DNA of 62,950 bases, filler included, from Folioceros fuciformis (Eukaryota), in NCBI GenBank assembly GCA_049999805.1. It is 4 parts of 4 records of this genome, joined end to end, with 100 filler letters (N's around TTAATTAATTAA, not from the genome) between each part and the next. Parts side by side here need not be neighbours in the genome. Positions count along the whole stretch, not along the records: positions 59,779 to 62,950 come from JBNGIO010006192.1; 3 more parts are not named here. The stretch is one strand, 5' to 3'. Of the stretch, positions 59,779-62,950 are shown in pieces (position 1 is the stretch's first letter; each line of letters begins with the position of its first letter). Both the position numbers and the translations under genes were made by a program. Under the pieces are notes generated by a model that worked only from the letters and a program-made list of their open reading frames with translations, was not told where the DNA came from and made no database searches.

Positions 59779-62700
59779 ATGCGTTTCAACACCCGGAAAG
59801 GACCTGCAAAGCGGTAGGTGAGTTTGCTGCGTTGCTGAATCATGTCAAGATACCTGTGGGGCTTGACTCGAAGCCAAACAAACTGGCCAACGGAGTAGTT
59901 GACATCGCGTCGGTGACGGTTTGCTGTGATGCAGGTCCGGTCTTGTGCTGCTTGGAGTTTTGTCGAGCCATCTTGGCCTCGTGCCAGATGTCCTCGGCGA
60001 TTTCAACAGCGCTTCGCCACTTGTCTTGACTGTTGGGCCATAAGCCTGAAGGTGGGGGTGTCTCACCATACAGGAGTTTGAAGGGAGTAACCCCTGTGGC
60101 TACGTGCTTCAAGGAATTGTACGCATACTCCAATAAGGGAAGGAGTTCCTCCCACTTCGTCTGCTTCTCGTGTGTGACGAAGCATGTCTTCTAACACCTG
60201 ATTCTGCTTCTCTGTCTGGCCGTCCCTCTGTGGGAGATAGGCTGAAGACATGTTCTGTTTGATGCCTAGTGTGTCCATGAAGTTCCGCCAAAACCCGAAG
60301 GTGAATTTCGCGTCCTTGTCCGACACAATGTCCTCTGGTGTTTCGTGTAATCAGAAGATTNNNNNNNNNNCAAGTGCCCCGAGATTGGGGAATCATGCAG
60401 ATAATGGAGGATGGCCTGTTTGACAGCAGTGAGCTAGGAGGGGATGACCAACCGGCCCTTACGGTAAACACAAGCATCCTTGAGGGAATAGAGTTGGGTA
60501 ATTGTTGTGGGAATACTTGTTCCTGCATCTGCTAAGAGATTTTGATACAGCTGCCACAACTCTAGGTCTTGAGGCAATCCATCCCGGACTAACTGCACCG
60601 TTTGGGACTGTGTGGTCATGAGTGTGCAGGCTCTCCTGCTCAAGGCATCTGCGACCACGTTAGAAGTCCCAGTGACATACTTGATCTTGAGGTCAAAATC
60701 CTCCAGGTATTCGGCCCACCTGCGTTGTCTGGAGTTGAGGTTGGGTTGTGAGAAGAAATGTTGCAAGGAGTGGTGGTCTGTGTGACACACCACCTTCTGG
60801 CCTAAGAGGTAAGGCCTCCACACCTTGAGAGCATGGGTGATCGCCAACATCTCTTTGTCATGTATAGCGTAATTCAACTGTGCCCCTTGCAACTTCCTGG
60901 ATTCGTAGACAATAGCTCGACCCTGTTGTGACAGTACTGCACCCATAGCAAAATCTGATGCGTCTATGTGCAGGGTGTATGGGGCATGGGGGTCTGCCAC
61001 CGCTAGCACGGGAGCCGACCTAAGGGCTTGCTTGAGCTGTTCAAATGCCTGGATGGCCACTGGCCCCAATTGTAAGGGTTTGGTGGTTGAGTGCCTGAGG
61101 GCATCCGTTAGGGGAACAGCTATCTTACTGAAACTTTGGATGGAGCGGCGGTAAAATCCGGCCATGCCCAGGAACCCACGTAGTTTGTGTGATATCCTGG
61201 GGTAGGGACCAGTCCACCACGGCTTTGACCTTGCGCGGATCTACCCGGATACATGTTGCACTAATGATGTGGCCCAGGTATTCACAATCTTGCCTCATGA
61301 AGTCACACTTACTTCTTTTGGCCAACAACTTGTTTGCACGTAGCAGCTCAAGTACCTTTCTGACCAAGGTGTAATGTTTCTCTAGGTCAGGTGTGTATAT
61401 GAGGATGTCATCGAGGAAAACTTCTACGCCGTGCCCCAACAATGGTTGTAAGATGTCTTGCATGAGACATTGGAATGTTGAAGGTTCGTTTGTCAAGCCA
61501 AACGGCATGACCCTGAACTCGAAGTGGCCATGTCTTGTACGGAAGGCGGTTGTAGACTCATCCCCTTCCTTGATCCTGATATGGTGGAAGCCGGATCTCA
61601 GATCAATCTTGGTAAACCACTTTGCACCGTGAAGTTGGTCCAGGATCTCATCGATCCCCGGCATCTGGTAGACATTTCTGACTGTGGCCCGGTTGAGTCC
61701 TCGATAGTCAATGCATAGTCGCCAACCACCATCTGGTTTGCCAACAAGAAGGACTGGGGCTCCGAAGGGGGACACTGAAGGGCATACAAACCCTTTCTGT
61801 AGAAGTTCACCTACTTGTTTTTTTATTTCCTTGTTTTCAGTGGCTGACGTACGGTATCGCTGAATACTGATGGGTTTATGGCCTGGCAGGAGCTCTATGG
61901 CATGGTCGATAGGACTTCTAGGGGGGAGTTTTGCTGGTTCGGTGAACACATCTTGGAACTCCTGTAGTTGTGACTTCATGGTGGGTGGTAGGAGTTCCTC
62001 ATGAGCCTTGGCTTCTACAGCTCTGGACTCTGGGGTTCCTTCTAGGGGTAAGAATTTTTTCAGCTTAGCTATGTACATGAACCTGCCAGAGGCAATGGCT
62101 ATATTGAAAGCAGATACTGCACACAACTGTTTGTCGGGGGTATACTGTTCACCCTGCATGGTGTATGTCTTGTCCCCCTTTGTAAGACTCACTATGTTAG
62201 ACAACTAGTCTATGTCTAATGTGTGGGTATGCTTGGCCAGCCAGGGCTTACCAATAATGATGTCATGACACAAGGACGGCATTACAGTTAGCTTGAAGAC
62301 TTCTGCAAAACCACCTGGGAAGGTGACTAGTGCATCAGTCCACTCTTCCTTGCTGGTTTCATGCTCGCCCAACGCTGTCACTACTGTGGACACATGTCAT
62401 GAGGTACAGATCTGCAGGCCAACCTTTTCATCAGCGGATCTCGACACATAATGATGATTGGCACCAAAGTCTAGCAGAGCTGTGGCTCAGGCACCTTCTA
62501 GACCAACCTCTAGTTTGATGGGCACGTGGGTAAGGTAACCCTCTTGGAGATTTGACTTCCTTGAGATCACTGCAGCTATGGCATGGGTACTAACCTCGGT
62601 TGTGTTGATGGCATGTCCGCTCTTGGGAGGGTTTGGGTTTGGTTGGCTCACTCTGGTGGTCTTCCCAGTTTCTCTCAACCAGCTGATGAAGTCCTTGCGG

Positions 62701-62950
62701 AAAGGGCAGTTCTTTGAACCGTGGTCTTGTGCCATACAAGTGAAACATTTCCTCTTCTCACTGTATCCCTTCTTCTCCTCCTCCGTCAGTATTTTGAAAG
62801 TTGGTTTCTTGTATGACGCGCTAGCTGTCTTGTTCCACTTAGGCTTGGAGGGTTGGTTCACATCCGCTCTCATGTTGAATTTCACTCCGTCGATGAATTT
62901 CTCGATCTTTTGCTCCTCATCCAGCCTGGGCATGTCAAGTGTGAGTTGGA
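59779..62950 (-). mobile_element. Degenerate Ty3/gypsy LTR retrotransposon (gag CCHC, PR, RT, RNase H, IN)
   Basis: CFTCMAQDHGSKNC; ALLDFGA (mutated protease site); WRLCIDYRGLN, MPFGLTN, FLDDILIY; DASDFAMGAVL; DGQTEKQNQVLEDMLR; frameshifts and stops; PR-RT-RH-IN order. Confidence 0.93.

Overview
Eukaryotic, gene-dense land-plant nuclear DNA with ~100-bp introns. It is most consistent with a hornwort (inference from compact introns plus GRP/DRH-type DYW:KP PPR genes). The window is four contigs joined by artificial 100-bp spacers (N44-TTAATTAATTAA-N44 at 14170, 41670 and 59679), so adjacency across them is not evidence. Contig 1 has two tandem SABATH methyltransferases, an FG-less NUP54 and an mTERF. 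Contig 2 has two convergent ZIP transporters, a nodulin-like MFS gene, three intact PLS-PPR/DYW:KP genes (candidate U-to-C editors) plus a pseudogene, SPCS2 with a probable U12 AT-AA intron, an hnRNP F/H-like gene, a probable micro-exon gene, an intron-containing LptF/LptG-type permease and a caspase-p20-like reading frame. Contig 3 has a diterpene synthase 5' end, two P450s, a SAM-methyltransferase-like gene and a polyphenol oxidase (candidate biosynthetic cluster), plus tandem repeats and a decayed copia element. Contig 4 is a decayed Ty3/gypsy element. The top leads are an OSB-type PDF ssDNA-binding motif fused to GRP-type PPR editors, the plant LptF/G gene, the caspase-like domain and the terpenoid cluster. 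All gene models were spliced by eye and no searches were run.
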